In this document: positions 12,780-31,600 of the stretch, piece after piece | Layout of the letters: every line of letters begins with the position of its first letter | Position numbering within the stretch: the stretch's first letter is position 1 | Origin: Bugula neritina | Lineage: Eukaryota; Animalia; Bryozoa | DNA: 64,000 bases | Direction of reading: 5' to 3' | Assembly: GCA_964035545.1 (NCBI GenBank) | Contig: OZ037768.1 | Location: 11,068,741 to 11,132,740 of the forward strand | The notes under the pieces: generated by a model | The model's input: only the letters and a program-made list of their open reading frames with translations | Told to the model about the DNA's origin: nothing | Databases searched by the model: none | Program-made: the position numbers and the translations under genes

Positions 12780-13296
12780 TCATCATATATTGTATTATAC
12801 TATATAATATATATTGTATTGCATTATGTCATATAGTGTATTATACTATATTATATATTGCAATATACTATATCATATATTACATTATACTGTGTCATAT
12901 ATTGTATTATACTATATCATATATTGTATTATACTGTATCATATATTGCATTATACTACATCATATATTGTATTATACTATATCATAATATATTGTATTA
13001 TACTATATCATATATTGTATTATACTACATCATATATTGTATTATACTATATCATATATTGCATTATACTATATCATATATTTTATTATACTATATCATA
13101 TATTGTATTGTATTATGTCATATATTGTATTATACTACATCATATATTGTATTATACTATATCATATATTGCATTATACTATATCATATATTGTATTATA
13201 CTATATCATATATTGTATTATGTTATATAATATATTGTATTATACTATATCATATATTGTATTATACTATATCATATATTGTATTATGTTATATAA
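12780..13296 (+). repeat. 22-bp AT-rich minisatellite (atcatatattgtattatactat), about 23 copies
   Basis: Direct tandem repeat; accounts for the Y/I/C-rich spurious ORFs in the ORF track. Confidence 0.95.
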
Positions 13297-15263
13297 CATA
13301 CTTGTATTCCCAAGCTCCCTGTTCACTCTATCAATGATGCCATCCCAAGCAGATGATTCAAACAGAACTAAGCTGCTGACAAACAAGATATAAATAAAAG
13401 GTGATGACTTGCTAGCTTAAATACCACACTGGGTCTATTGATTTTGTCATGCTGTGAAGTATGCTGTTTATTATAAAACTACATACTTAATTGACATGTA
13501 ACTTAGCAGAAGAAAAGTGTTCTTTGATCTCCTGTGGGTATAGTAGGGCTTATTGATAAAGACTTTCACCAAAAATATTGTTAAGTAGACCTACAATAAA
13601 ACCTAATTTGAAAACAAATGTAGCCACTGGTTATTTTTTAATCTCAAATCTGTTTTTAGAAGCAGTTTTTTGCATTCTGTTCTCAAAAATTGAGAATCAA
13701 TCACCATTAGTAAGTGTTTTTAGAAAATAGTGCAGTGATCTGTTTAATTTATGCAGCAATAATATTTTTAAGTTTCTGCGATAGGGAATTCTTTTTACTC
13801 CATACAATGCTGTAGTTATATGTATTTTGAGTAACATATTAATATGATATTAACAATGAACAAATACAATGACAGCTCAGCTAGTTTTGAGCTCTTACAG
13901 TACCAGATCATGAGTGCTGCATATAACCTGGCCACATGTTATTTCTTCATCTTTCATAAAATCATATATATATTAAATAGTTAAAGCATCTAATTGCAGA
14001 TTGAATACTTTATAAAATTACTTTTAATTATGTAACAAGGATTTATTGCAACGATATACTATTTAGTTTGTTTACATGATAAAACTGCAACATCAATTCA
14101 TTATTCATCGTTTGAGCTTGCCTGGATTGCCTAGCTTACGCAACATTGCCTGCCATCACAATAATTATAGCTGTTATATCATTTCCTAACAGGGATGTGA
14201 TTACTCAAGTTATTTTAACCTTTATAACCATTCACATTATAACTTATAGCTAAATCTGACCAGCACATATATCTTTATGGCAAGTTTCATGTTTACCAAC
14301 ATAAAATTATGATATTGAACTGAAAAGTCCTAAATGTATTTTTTTAGATTGTGCCTCCTAGCACCTTTTTTATCACCCTGAATTAGAATTGCAATTAATA
14401 TCAATCTTAGAATATACAGAAACAATTAATCACGGTAAAATCTTTAAGCAATTCAGCATTTATATAAAAATATTTCATAAATAAGAATAGCAAAATGTGT
14501 TGCCAAAACAGATGCAATGCTTTTGCCACAAAAGTAGCGATGCCTTTGTTAGTAAATAAAAGTGTCTAAATTGTTATATCCATTGAATATATGAAGCTGT
14601 TTGTCTATGCAAAAGGTTATTTGGTCTTTTAAAATTACAACTAAAATAATGATTGGTATGTAAAGCATAATATATTGCAACATAAAATCATGGTGCAGAA
14701 AACTTACAGTATTATCGTTGTTTAAAAGTAGAGAGAAAATGATATAACAGCTTAAACAGGAGAACAACAAAAATACATGTTACAGCAATTGAGTGTGACT
14801 ACAAATATTAATTGTAAGCAATTCTTAAAGTTTAAAAAACAAATAATATTTTGTATCGAGGAGAAATTGAACTAACAATTTTGATTGTTTCTTGGCATGT
14901 GTGACATTATAAACTCAGTGCAGTATTTGATATTCATATTAGTCTAAGAATAAGCTTACTAACTATAAATACAGGCAGTTTTATACAGTGCTTAACAGGA
15001 AATACTACTGTGACTAAAACCTACAAAACTTGTTAAAACATGCTTCAATTTTGTAGAGAAGTTTCTGAAAGCATAAGTGTGTTAAGATTCGAATGACTTT
15101 GATTAAAATACCAAAATTTGAATACGAAATACACGTGCTAAGTGCTCTTGATATAATATATGAGTGATGTTGAGAAATACAAAAATGAGTAGAGTGTAAT
15201 ATAATGTATTGCATAGAGTGAAGTGCAGGTGCATTAGTTTATAGAAGAGTCTTTATAGTGGGC

Positions 15264-20151
<4,888 letters not shown>

Positions 20152-21435
20152 GCATGCATCAAACTTTACACGCTAAATTATCATCATTCATAATTTAGAC
20201 ATAATAAATATTATAATGCTATATTAGTAAAACAATCAAAATTGAGCAAAGCAGCAAAACAGTTAAGAATCGTCATGATCTTCATCTATTGAACACATAT
20301 ATATTTCATAGCTTTTTGAGCTAATTGACACTGATATGTAATACTAGTTTAGTATGTCATTTACACAGAATACTAAAGAGAACGTTTCTTTTGTAAATGA
20401 AACCAGTTGTTAATTTGTAGAAAGAATAGAGGTTAAACACACTCTGGGACATGCAAATATTGCATTGTATTGTTTGCTGACTTTTTAATTAGTTTGTTGT
20501 AGAGCTGGCTAGTGGAACAAGCAATGTTTGCAGAAGCTGATAAATGGCAGCAATCTAACATGCAACAGTTTTGGTTGCATAAACCTGCTGCCCTATTGAA
20601 CTGAATTGGTGTAAATCAAACATTCAAATAGCACCATGCAGATTGAGAACATAATATAACTAAATGTTAATCTTTATCATTCATTTGAGACAATCAAAAA
20701 TCTGTTACAAATGTTCTTTAATTTTATACATCTGATTTGGTGCAAAATTTAAAGTGCAGGCTACTTTAGTTATTACAAAAAATATGCTGTATATAACACC
20801 TCATTGATCCTAGTTAAGTCAATTCTGCTTGATACCATACATTGAGTAGGATAAGAATTAGGATATATGAAATCACAAACAGATATTAAGTAACTAAGGT
20901 TTTTAAGCTATTGAATAGTTTATATGAGAATTTTTGCAGTTGTACTATTGAAATCGTAAATGATGTTAACAATTCTAACATGTGTTTAAGGTGGCATAGA
21001 GTATTTTGAGCACATGAATGGTCATAATACTCATAATAATAGTTTGGGCAACTAATATATTATGAAAACAAAAATTATCAATTTTAAAAAGCTCACTCAC
21101 AAATGCTATTTAATTATATTCTTCATAGCATCAACAAATTTAGGCGCAGGTTACTTACCAATTGGCCGTCAGATAAAGTTTCAACGATCAGTATATTTTA
21201 CTACTGCACGAAGGAAGTCGCCTGAAGTCAATAGTTTAGTTTATTGAAAATGCTATGCAAATTAGTTATTAAGCAGTTTATAGAAGTTACAATAACAATT
21301 ACTTTATCTCGCATGCATGGATTGAATAAAGAGCTGTTACTAATACACATGCTCAAGCACTAATCCTGTCATTCTACTGCATGCTCTATTGTTTAGTATT
21401 ATTCGCATTAAAAAGAAACTGCTACTTGGCGTCCA

Positions 21436-21448
21436 ATTGCTAAGCAAC
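21436..21448 (-). promoter_or_regulatory. Candidate RFX X-box upstream of LRP2BP
   Basis: GTTGCTTAGCAAT on the minus strand, one mismatch to the palindromic X-box GTTGCYNRGCAAC; lies in the CpG-containing patch upstream of minus-strand donor-like sites at ~21100 and ~21157. Confidence 0.45.
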
Positions 21449-21705
21449 GAGACTGGTCATGACCTTCGGTAAGTTACCGCGGTAGACGACAACTCCTTAT
21501 GCTTTGTTAAGTTCGGTTACCTTCAGAGAAAGTAGAAGCATGAAATGACAGCATGGCTGTTGCCCTGTGGTTTATGAGTAGCGGAATGCATGGTGTATTT
21601 TAACAGAAATTCACATAATTCTGCAAATTTCATTGAATGTTTCCAGTTTATAAATAAACAGCTAAATTATCCGACTAATCTTGGTCGACCATTAGGTTTT
21701 TTAGA

Positions 21706-21918
21706 GGGGAGCAGCGGGTCTAGGGGTTAGAACACTTGCCTAGTAAGCACGAAGTAATGGACTCAAGCTCCGACAAAGGCCATTAGTGATGCTAGGAGCA
21801 TCCAGCCATAATTGTTCCTGTGCCTCATCTGAATAAGTCCTTGGCCCGTGTTAACAAAAACCCCTTCCACCAGGGGTTTTCTCACAGGGATGGTGACTAT
21901 AAACTTGCGCGAGTTTTT
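21706..21918 (+). mobile_element. tRNA-derived SINE with a Meta-domain-like core
   Basis: A-box-like head ggtctaggggttag; core ggagcatccagccataa (compare the MetaSINE motif GGAAGGGCATCCGGCC); 3' end gagttttt; high similarity to 58948-59143. Confidence 0.85.
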
Positions 21919-22462
21919 TTATTAGTTTTCTTTTAGTGTATTAGCATGCAATAGTGGCCAACATAATATAGCATTAGCTGCAACATTATGACATTGCTAT
22001 CCATAGTTGAGATAAAATTCTAGCTGATGATAATATTTCCTAATTGGAATGAAAAATGTGATAATGAAGTTCAGAAACATAAAACAGGTATGAAGTGTGG
22101 AGACCGTGGTATATTTTTTGAAGTCAAAAACACAAAAATATTTTCCTTAAAAAACTACTTAAAGTCACAAACTGCATACAATACCTCGGCATATTAAACC
22201 TTAGATGGTACAATAATGAACAACTTCATGGCTAGCAAGTCTGCCAGCTAGTGATAAAAATAAAATGAAACTTATTTTGGAACTTGTTCCAAATAAATAA
22301 GCACAATATTAAGTGTAACGCATCTTTATCAAAAAGGAAACATTGAATACAGTAGTTATTAGTTATTGACATACAATGAAACTTAGAAGGAATTGCTCTC
22401 TTAGTTGTAACACATCAATTTCCTAATATACTTCATAAAGTTCTAGCACTTCTGAGCTAAGC

Positions 22463-24329
22463 CTATGACTGATTTTGCAGCTTGGCTTTGAGACTTGCAG
22501 GCATCTCTGGTGGAGGTGGGCGTGGCAGACGGCATACGACCTTGACAGTGTCATAGATGAACCATTGGAGAGCAGTCAATGTACCAATCATAATAATACG
22601 GGCACCCAAACCCTTCCACATGGCTACAAACAAAAAAGCAACCATACAATACATTAACCAGCAGCCACAGTACATGAAATATAGTAATTCTAAATGACTG
22701 AAAATTTGAATAGAATAATTTAGCAACGTGACGTTTTACTAACCTTTGAATCCCAGAGCTCTTGCAGCTGAGACAAAGTTACTTCCCTTGTCTTGGTTGA
22801 GTTTAGACACAATAGTGTCTGCGGGGTGAGATACAATGGCACAGAACACACCGGCAATGTATCCAGCAGTGAATGTTACACCGAGCTGTTCACCCTTGGA
22901 GCATTCAGCTCTGGGCTTTGGTACAACATGCTTGTACAGAGCCTCTACTGTTCTTTCGAAACAAGCAAACTTCATCATTGTGTATGGAATCTGTCTAGCC
23001 CAGAGAGGCACCAACCCCTTGTACAGACCTACATATAAATGGCTTACAGTATTTTCACCGCAACACAACAACGGAAGAGAAAGTAATAAAACAGAACTGA
23101 TACTGAATATGACATTGACTAACCTCCAATGCCTTCTTCCTTCACAATGGTAGGCAGACCTTCGCGCAGAGTGGTGGCCCAACCAGGTTTGGTCTGAATT
23201 CTCACCTTGACTGCCTCCATGGGGCACAGAGCTATGTCTGCGAAGAACTCGGCACTGGCACTAGCGACCAGGTAGAGAGAGGTCCTGTAGAGGTAGGACT
23301 TCTCCTAGAGAAGCAAGCAGGAGTAGCATTTGAGTGTTAGAGAATACAAATATTGAAATTAATGGGGTTTATCGAGAGTCACCCCACCTACAAATCTGAG
23401 TTTCTTTGGCACAAGTACTATGTATGAAATACTAGTAAAAGTGTCACAGCATAGAGCGACAATTAATTAGGTTTCCAGTGCTACGAAACTAGACCATACC
23501 TCTCCTATTAGGTTGCCATAGAAGATCTTAAATCCTTCATAGAATCCAAATTTACAAATTCCTTGCATGGAGTAGCCAATAAGAGTAGGTGCCCATCCTT
23601 TAGCCAATCCTGTGGCAAAAAATTCAACCAGTATGAAATAAAATGGCAAACTTTGTGACAGTTAAAAAGTATGGAATTACTTCAATAGTACCAATAAAAA
23701 ATTTACCATTGGGTAGCAGAGCAGAAATGCGTAAAACATTCTTACCTCTAACTCCTTCTTCAGCGACGGTGATTTTAAATCCAGTAAAAATGTTTTTATA
23801 TTTTGCACCGTCTACTTGAAGACGACACTTGATCAAATCCAATGGGACGATGGCTGTGTGTGTGAGACCACAACTCAACATACCACCAAACCCACAGTAG
23901 GCATAGTATGTAGCGCTTCCAAACTCACAACTGTTTTGACTACTAGCATCTACAAAACAAATAAATGCAATATAAATGAGAAGATCCAAGATATCCAGAT
24001 GCCAACATATAGGAGAACCTTTTACAGCAGGACAGATTTCCATCTTTTAATAAAATAGCATAAGGTAGTCTCATAATAGAATTCCAATTCCACAGTTTTG
24101 GCACTTTGTTTATAAACTAGATGACAGTTTGCAAAGCATTAAAATGGACACAATGAAAAAAAGTTTTAAAAAGCCCATTTTATATACACTTGTGTTAGCA
24201 ACATTATCGAGTACAAGTGAATGCCTTACCAGCAGCTGAAATTTGCCTAGATGATGGCGAGGTTGTGCTTTGGCATTGAGCATTGAGCTCAGCATTGGAT
24301 TTGAACTTTTCTATGAATGATCGATACAT
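22463..24329 (-). CDS. SLC25A3: Mitochondrial phosphate carrier (PiC), ~346 aa
   Basis: Exons 24329-24230, 23949-23746, 23609-23500, 23304-23124, 23028-22744, 22623-22463 join in frame. SCGLTHTAIVPLDLIKCRLQV, GWAPTLIGYSMQG, AEFFADIAL, LWARQIPYTMMKF, RIIMIGTLTALQWFIYD, LPRPPPPEMP. Confidence 0.97.
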
Positions 24330-25339
24330 TTTCTAAAACAGACAGAAAAGGAAATTATTTGTATGCAAAAATATGCCACCCAAAAAGTGTTTACCATCTA
24401 AAACATTCTTACAATGCTTGACATTTACAGAATCTACTAGGATATGACATGTATTACAGAAAAATGTCGTGAGAGAAGATTGGAAAAGTGCATCTGTAAG
24501 ATTGAACAACTTTTTGGTGTTTTAATATTGTATAATATATTTTTACAATGTATGTAAAAAATTTGAAGCTTTATAATAATAACATTATTTCATGAATCAA
24601 CCCAATTTGAAAGTGCAAGGATTTTCAAGGCAAAACATTTTCATGTGTATGACTTGCAGGTTTATGAAAACTATTTATGGAGCCTATCCTAGAAACTTAG
24701 ACGAGGACAGAAAGACTGGGGATTATCACAGATGTGTTCAGCAACCAACTCCACAAAAAGTAGAAATTTTCTACAAGAAAAATTATTTTTATTGCTATGC
24801 ACACACAGGTTAATTACAAGCAGCACTTAGCAGACAAAAGCTTTTCTTGAGCATATTTACTATCATGGTTTGCCAGTGTTACCTTAGAACTATACCAATA
24901 TAGCTATCTAAATTTTCAACAATCCCTTTGTTTAAATTAAAGTAGAATACCATAGCATATAGCACCACGACACTAGCACAAGTAATTTTATTCTTATAGA
25001 TCTTCATTGTTTCTTCACTAGTTTACCCAAATCTAGCCAATTTTACTACGAATATCTTAATGATATTACTATATTATTACATAGTCTAAGTCAATGCAGT
25101 ATTGTTTAAATTTTCAACATATACTCGCACTAAAGTGGTTCCAGCAAATACTTAAACCTATAGGAACAATTAAATTAAATTGAACACCAATACTTACAAC
25201 TTATCCTAAAATGATATTTTGGGAAGCAGCAATAATAATGTTTATACAGACTAAACCACTAGTAGAAGTTAAAAACATTGCAAAATCAAAACAGAATTTT
25301 AGAAAATCCTGATTTGTAAAAAATTAAGCTAATCAAGAC

Positions 25340-26240
25340 ACATGATAATACTTATAGTGATACTCATACTAATAATCCTCCATGTTACACATATGACGAT
25401 ACCATAATGATGATTATTTTCATAGGATTATAAATTATAAATGCTATGAGTATGAAGCTACGATTAAAATGAGACGCTAAAGTCAAACCAAGAGTATTTC
25501 AGAGCAACTGCCAATAAATAAATAATACTACAAACAAATGTTATCAAAATGAATATTATCATCTTAAAATTTATTGCTTTAGATACGCTCATCACCATCA
25601 TAATAATATTCATATTTAAATTTACTAAATATTTACTTACTCTCAATTATTATTAAACTATTGAGCGAGTCACTGAGATTTTCAAACAGTAGTCATAGAT
25701 CCAGATGTGGTATTGGTATTGCAGCTTCAGTTAGTGAGTTACACCTAGTCTTACTATTACTATTAGACTTAGTACTATTAATATTATATTTATAATATTG
25801 CTCACTGGGTGAATCATTGGCATTGCCAATGAATTATTGTGATTGCCATTACTGATAACTCACCTCGATTACTGATTACTACTTAGTATTAATTTCAAAT
25901 TTTCTGTTTTATTCCTACTCATACTAACACTTCATAGTCAAATTTATAATGCTTACAATTACTGTTACCTACTTAAATTTACAGCTAGAGTTACTATTAC
26001 TATTAGTGTTTACTTTTAGTAATACTAATTATAATATCATTATCATTATGATTATGATATTGATTATCTCTTACAAGTAAAACTGAAAGTTAAAACTGAA
26101 AGTCCATTACTATTTGAGTATTACTATTAGTATTAGAGTGGGTCTCAGTCAGGGTCACAGTTTGAGTGTCCGCTGTCTTGAGTGTGATGCTCACACTGAT
26201 ACCGATCATCAATGACTGTGACTCAGACTGAGACTCTGCC
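25340..26240. repeat. Degenerate 3/6-nt periodic low-complexity tract in SLC25A3 intron 1
   Basis: Runs such as actattactatt, atcattatcattatgattatg, gactgtgactcagactgagactct. Confidence 0.7.
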
Positions 26241-26426
26241 GTTCGACTTCGTGGAAATCGAATTGTACTTCAACTTGTATTCCCAATTTGAGTTCGTTCT
26301 TAACATAGAAACACATTTATACCAACATCACAGTCAAAAATTTGTCACAATAACTAGAAATACATATAAAAGAAAAAATGGATAAAAACTATCATAATAT
26401 TAATTGTTGTGAATGACAAACCTTAC

Positions 26427-26611
26427 CGCAATATTTAGATTAGCAATGCCAATGGGTAGAGACTGAGGTGGAAAAAGCCGGTGCAATATGGTGACAGGAT
26501 ATCAAGTCCGATTGGCCACATATGATTTAAAAAAGAATTTGATTAGGCAAGCTAGCCTTCCCTAATGACGTCGAAAGCGCTACGCAACTGTCACATTACT
26601 AATAACACGTG
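26427..26611 (-). promoter_or_regulatory. Inferred SLC25A3 non-coding first exon (~26477-26427) and core promoter
   Basis: Strong donor CG|GTAAGG at 26427/26426; pyrimidine start CTTTTTCC at 26477; CCAAT (26511-26515), CRE-like TGACGTC (26566-26572) and E-box CACGTG (26606-26611) upstream; the ATG exon is preceded by an acceptor at 24333. Confidence 0.6.
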
Positions 26612-26739
26612 AGTAAAGCATGGTGATTTAAGTACATTATTTCATCACTGGAAAAGTTGACTATTCCTTCACCGGTTTTAGTTGTCTGAACATATCACTT
26701 TAATTTCATCACCAAGCCAATTTAAATTTAAAGCTGTCA

Positions 26740-27355
26740 TTATCATAATTATAATGGCGACAATTAATATTATCATAATGATAATCATTATCATTATGAT
26801 TATCATTGACATTATAGTGATTATCGTCATGTTTACGGACCGTGACACTGATTTCGAATGACTGATGTATTATTATGTATAAGTATTGAATTTGGTTGTT
26901 ACTTTGAATTGATAATGTTAAGTTTATTCATTTACTTAAAACTAAATACTAAATAATTAAGTCAAAAGATTAAATTTATAATGATTTATTATTATAATTA
27001 AGGTCTTCGACTAAGTATAAGTATAAATAGTATTAAGTAAATGCCAATGGTGTACTAATGCTAATAGTAATACTAATAGTAATGCCAATAGTCATAGCGA
27101 TAGTGACGGTAAAAGTAAATCTAATAATAATAATACGAATACTAAGAGCAAACATGGTATTGATACTTGTACCGGTACTGAGTGAGTTACTGTCTCATAG
27201 TGATACTCATACTGGTAGTTATAGTTATAGCTTAGGTATACTAATACTTATAGTTACGAATACTAATAGTAATATTAACATTATGTCTATTATACGTGTG
27301 TAGCTGTGTGGTGTGGTTTGTGTGTGTGGTACGTGCGTGCGTGCATGTGTGTGTA
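26740..27355. repeat. Degenerate 3/6-nt periodic tract upstream of SLC25A3, ending in a GT microsatellite
   Basis: atcataatgataatcattatc..., actaatgctaatagtaatactaatagtaat..., then (gt)n at ~27296-27355. Confidence 0.7.
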
Positions 27356-28604
27356 AACAAGGCAATGTTGAATTTAGTTCAGTTTTTTAATCTGCTTTGA
27401 AATGAATAATAATTACAATTTAATAAATTTAAATATTAAATTTAATTGTTATCAATTTTAAGTTACAGAAATAATTTATTATGAAACCTTCAAGGTTATA
27501 CAACTACAGAAATAACTTTAGCAACTGCTCAATACTGGAAAATCTTTATTAACTCTGTAGTCTTTCGACAGTAGTATAACAAACTACCGTAGCATCATCA
27601 GAAACATTAAGAAATATAGCAGTTATATAAATATGCTTTAGTAAAAACATAAGTTTCTACTATTGCGAAGGTGTGGGCCCTGGTACTCTGTTTTGTGCTG
27701 ATGAGGGGGCAAATCCCGAAACAGCTACTGTACACAGATTGAGATATATAGTGATGCACTTTGTGTAAATATTTCACTCTTGTGTCACAAGCATTGTGTT
27801 TCAACAATCAGAGTTGTCTATTGTGTAGCATGATGTCCTTATCAATAGTAGTTCTGTTATTAAACAGCACTATGATGTGAACTGGTAACGTATTAATTAT
27901 TTTTAGTCTTAATTTAATATAAAAATAAATTTTCCTTACAAGGTTCTTTGTGAATGCTCTCAATATTATATTACATACTTTGCTTTGACGATACATTGTT
28001 GCATACACAGCACTAAAAGGTATTCTCAGTCGAAGTTTTGGCTTGTTATTATGAACACCACCTTTCTTGTTGACAGTTTTTTTCTATTCATAGCATTTTT
28101 GTGTCATTTTTTGCTTATCCTTAGCAATATAATAGCTGCTTTACTTGTAGTTATGGATCATTGATGGCTATAGATATGTGATCTAGTTGTGTATTGGTAA
28201 ATTCTTTTTTATCTTCTTCAACGAAAAAGTAAGTGTATTATTCTAATGAACCTTATTTTAGACATGCTTGTTTAACAAATTTTTGAGAGCTTCCTGGTGA
28301 TGGCCAATCTGTTAGAGTAAATTACTAAAAAGTAGAGTATGCAATGGTGTAGCCTATTTTTTTCTTAATCAATTTGCTTTTTCATCTCATTCATTGCTTT
28401 GAAATTGAGATGTCTACGGTTTTTTTCAAAGTGACTTTAAAAAGCCTCCTCATACTTTTAGAATTGTGTAACATTGAAATCAAAATGAATTTCTACCAGC
28501 AAAACCAAAATCTTATATTGAGACCATGATGATGATTTCTATTAATTTTATAATATGATGACGCTGGCCATTTGTGTACTTCTATTAAGTATTTTTTATT
28601 ACAG

Positions 28605-31600
28605 TGGAATACAAAAATATTCCTGATAAGGAAAGTGACGAGTGGTTACATCTCCATAGGTTTGTCACTAAACCTGCTATAAGGAATGTCGGAATAGGAG
28701 GTCTTGGTGCATCTGAAGTGATTTTTTCTACCAAAAGTGTGCAATGGATCTTAAATCACCGAGTTAAGGTATCACAAGTTAATTTTTAAAATAACACATT
28801 TTCAGCTTTAGACGATAACTTTCTAATAATATTATTGTTAAAGCTTTATTTAGAGCATTTAGACCATAATGAATAATATGCTTGAATTATTGAACATTCT
28901 TGTCTCATATTACATCATATTTAAGTCACTTTCCTTTGTTAACCTAAACAAGCATATGCTTATTTTGTATTTTCTTGTGTCATTCTATAGTAAAATGTAG
29001 GCATTAATGTTTGGTAATTATTTCATGTAGAATATTGTTATTAGTGCTTTTGCATTTTCATATTTGCAATCAAATCTGTGTTGGGTAATGTAATATTCAC
29101 CTACTTACTGTGAAAATTCTGCATTCTTTGTTTGTTTTTCAGTTTGTTATTTGTATTATACCCAATATATTTTGTTCCCTTTCAGAACGTGCACAACGTT
29201 ACTCAACTCTTGGTTTCTTCAACTACTGTTCAAAATACTCAACCCATTGCATGGCTGATGAATCGCGGAGTAGCGAACTCCCCAAAGAAGATACCTAATG
29301 GTGTTTTTACCAAGCAAGGTAAGTTTACTAGTTATCAAATTTAGTAATGTTTTCAAACTTCCAAGTATTTAATAAACTAGTGATTATTAAAGGTTTAGCA
29401 TTACTGATATTATCATGAGTTCATTCATGTCTTCCAGGATCTGGTAAGACTGCTAATAGAACTGTTACAAATGGTCAAAGGAGATCTGACTGGCAGGTGA
29501 TACAACAGAAACAGAAGGCTTCAAATTCAGTTGTAAGCAAGTTTTTTAATCTAATATTCATTCAGTTGGATGCTGATTGATTCTTAATTAATGTCAGTTA
29601 TTTATTGACAGATTATTGGTGATAAACTTTCACCACATCCTCTGTTGACCAGTAAAAAGTCTCTGAAACTAACTACAGTTCCTGCAAATAAAACAGCAAA
29701 GCCACCTCTAGCCTATAAAGTTAGTATTGTACATAATATATTTATCAAGCAGACTTTTTATTCTTTGTTATGTAAAGAAACTAGCAACTGTCAGCAGAGT
29801 CATGGTTTTGAGTAAGCAGACTGATGATTAAGTCAAGCCAAGCTGTTTTTACATATCACTATGAGGATTGTGAAGTCAACGATTTTCAAGCAACATAAGC
29901 TTAGTTTCTGAAGTTTTCTGCCCAAGAAACCTGATTGCATCATGTGTTTTGTAAACCCATATATTTTATTAGCTTGTCTCACCTTACAATCTGATGAAAA
30001 GTATAATGGACAAAATCTATCATTGATAGAATGTTTGGCTGGAGCAGCTCAATTAGAACTTTTATTATTAATTCAACATCATGCTTATGAATTTTGGTGT
30101 CTTGAGTTTTTTGATATTCATTCTGATATTTCTATTGAACCATACATTGTATCATTCGCTACTCTACAATTACAAGGATTACATGTTTAGTAACTATTCG
30201 AGTAAATCGCTGTAATATAATCATTGTAATTTGTTATTACTAGGCAATCAAAAATTACAATTGTTTTCAGATGGTTGAATTCAAAAATGAAATAATCAAT
30301 TTATATTGTTTTTGCTTAATTTTTATTAGTAAATATAATGATTACTGTATTTATTTTTTAAAATAGTCATAGAAGTATGTTTGATAATTAAAATTAGTTA
30401 AATAAGGTAGTAGCTATGTAAAACTTTTATTTTCAATGTGATATGGATGCTTTTTAGTCTGTGTTAGTGAAAGGTGAAACTAGTAAAGACAATATGTATA
30501 ACCCACATGGTTATGAAGACTACCAACTCAACCAAGCTTTGTCAAAGTTTTTTGATGAGGTAGGATAATCCTGCTATTCATGAAATATATTCTGTCAAAA
30601 ATATCAGTTTTACTATGATTTTAAATGCTGCCTTACTATAGTTTCACCTTACTCAGAGAGCCTATTATTAGCTGCAGGGGCTGAACTACAGCTGTCAATG
30701 CTTCTCCGAACTGTGATAGTCAAACTGTTTATTTTGTAATTTTGTAAATGCTCTAATAATTGCGCCCTACGCGTGGTGGTTACCGAATGGTCATCGAGTA
30801 GGGCCAACAGTTACCCCTAGGCGTAGGGAATTCGAAAGCGCCTTTATTTTGTGTTGCTATTTAAAAGTTTTGCTTTTAAAGCTATTAACTGCTCTACACC
30901 ATTCATTTTAGAATAATGATTACAATTTAGACGGTAAGGTATTAAATAGTTATTTTATTTGATCAGTGTTATGAGTGACTAGTCTAAAGATATGTGAAGA
31001 TAAAACTTTCAAATTCCTAAATTCTTAAATAGTGATTATGCTGTTCGGTTGAAATTTTGCATCATCCTCATTCCTTGAGTATTACTGATAGTTATATATT
31101 AATCTGGCTTATATTATATATTCGTAGAAGATAAGCTCTTGGAGTATATGAATGATCATAGTGTTGAACACAGTGACGGGCCAACTATTAGTTATTATCC
31201 ACAACATGATGGCCATTTTGATCCTACTCCAATCCCTGGTATGTATGTTATAGTTCACATTATTTACAAAATTATATATCTCTTTCATGTTATTATCAAG
31301 TACTTTTAAATTATACAAGTCTATTATGCCATCACTAGTGTTGTGAATTTTTATTTAAAATAAATTATATAGATAATTTATTAACAAGATATAATTGGAA
31401 TTGTTCTATCCAAACACAGATAAGGGCCACTTTATTTTATTTAGTACACACTGGAAACCAACAATTCAACTTTCGAGTCCCAAATATTTAAAAATATGAC
31501 ATTTGGTAGTATTCTGTATGCTGATTTCTAATATGTATAGAAAAACATTTGAGAAAGATTATGAAGTAATAAAGTGCAATATTATCATATTTTCAAATCA

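Noticed and set aside
12743-13393. Four overlapping Tyr/Ile/Cys-rich ORFs
   Set aside because: Artefacts of the 22-bp satellite.
21706-21780. Functional tRNA gene
   Set aside because: No complete cloverleaf; it continues into a shared repeat body, so it is a SINE head.
23746-24229. Mutually exclusive exon pair like vertebrate SLC25A3 exons 3A/3B
   Set aside because: No duplicated exon is visible in the short flanking introns.
27058-27303. Hydrophobic small proteins sharing SHSDTHT (also 43515-43742)
   Set aside because: The shared peptide is a translation of the DNA 17-mer in periodic tracts; the motif also occurs inverted and outside ORFs, so it is a DNA-level feature.
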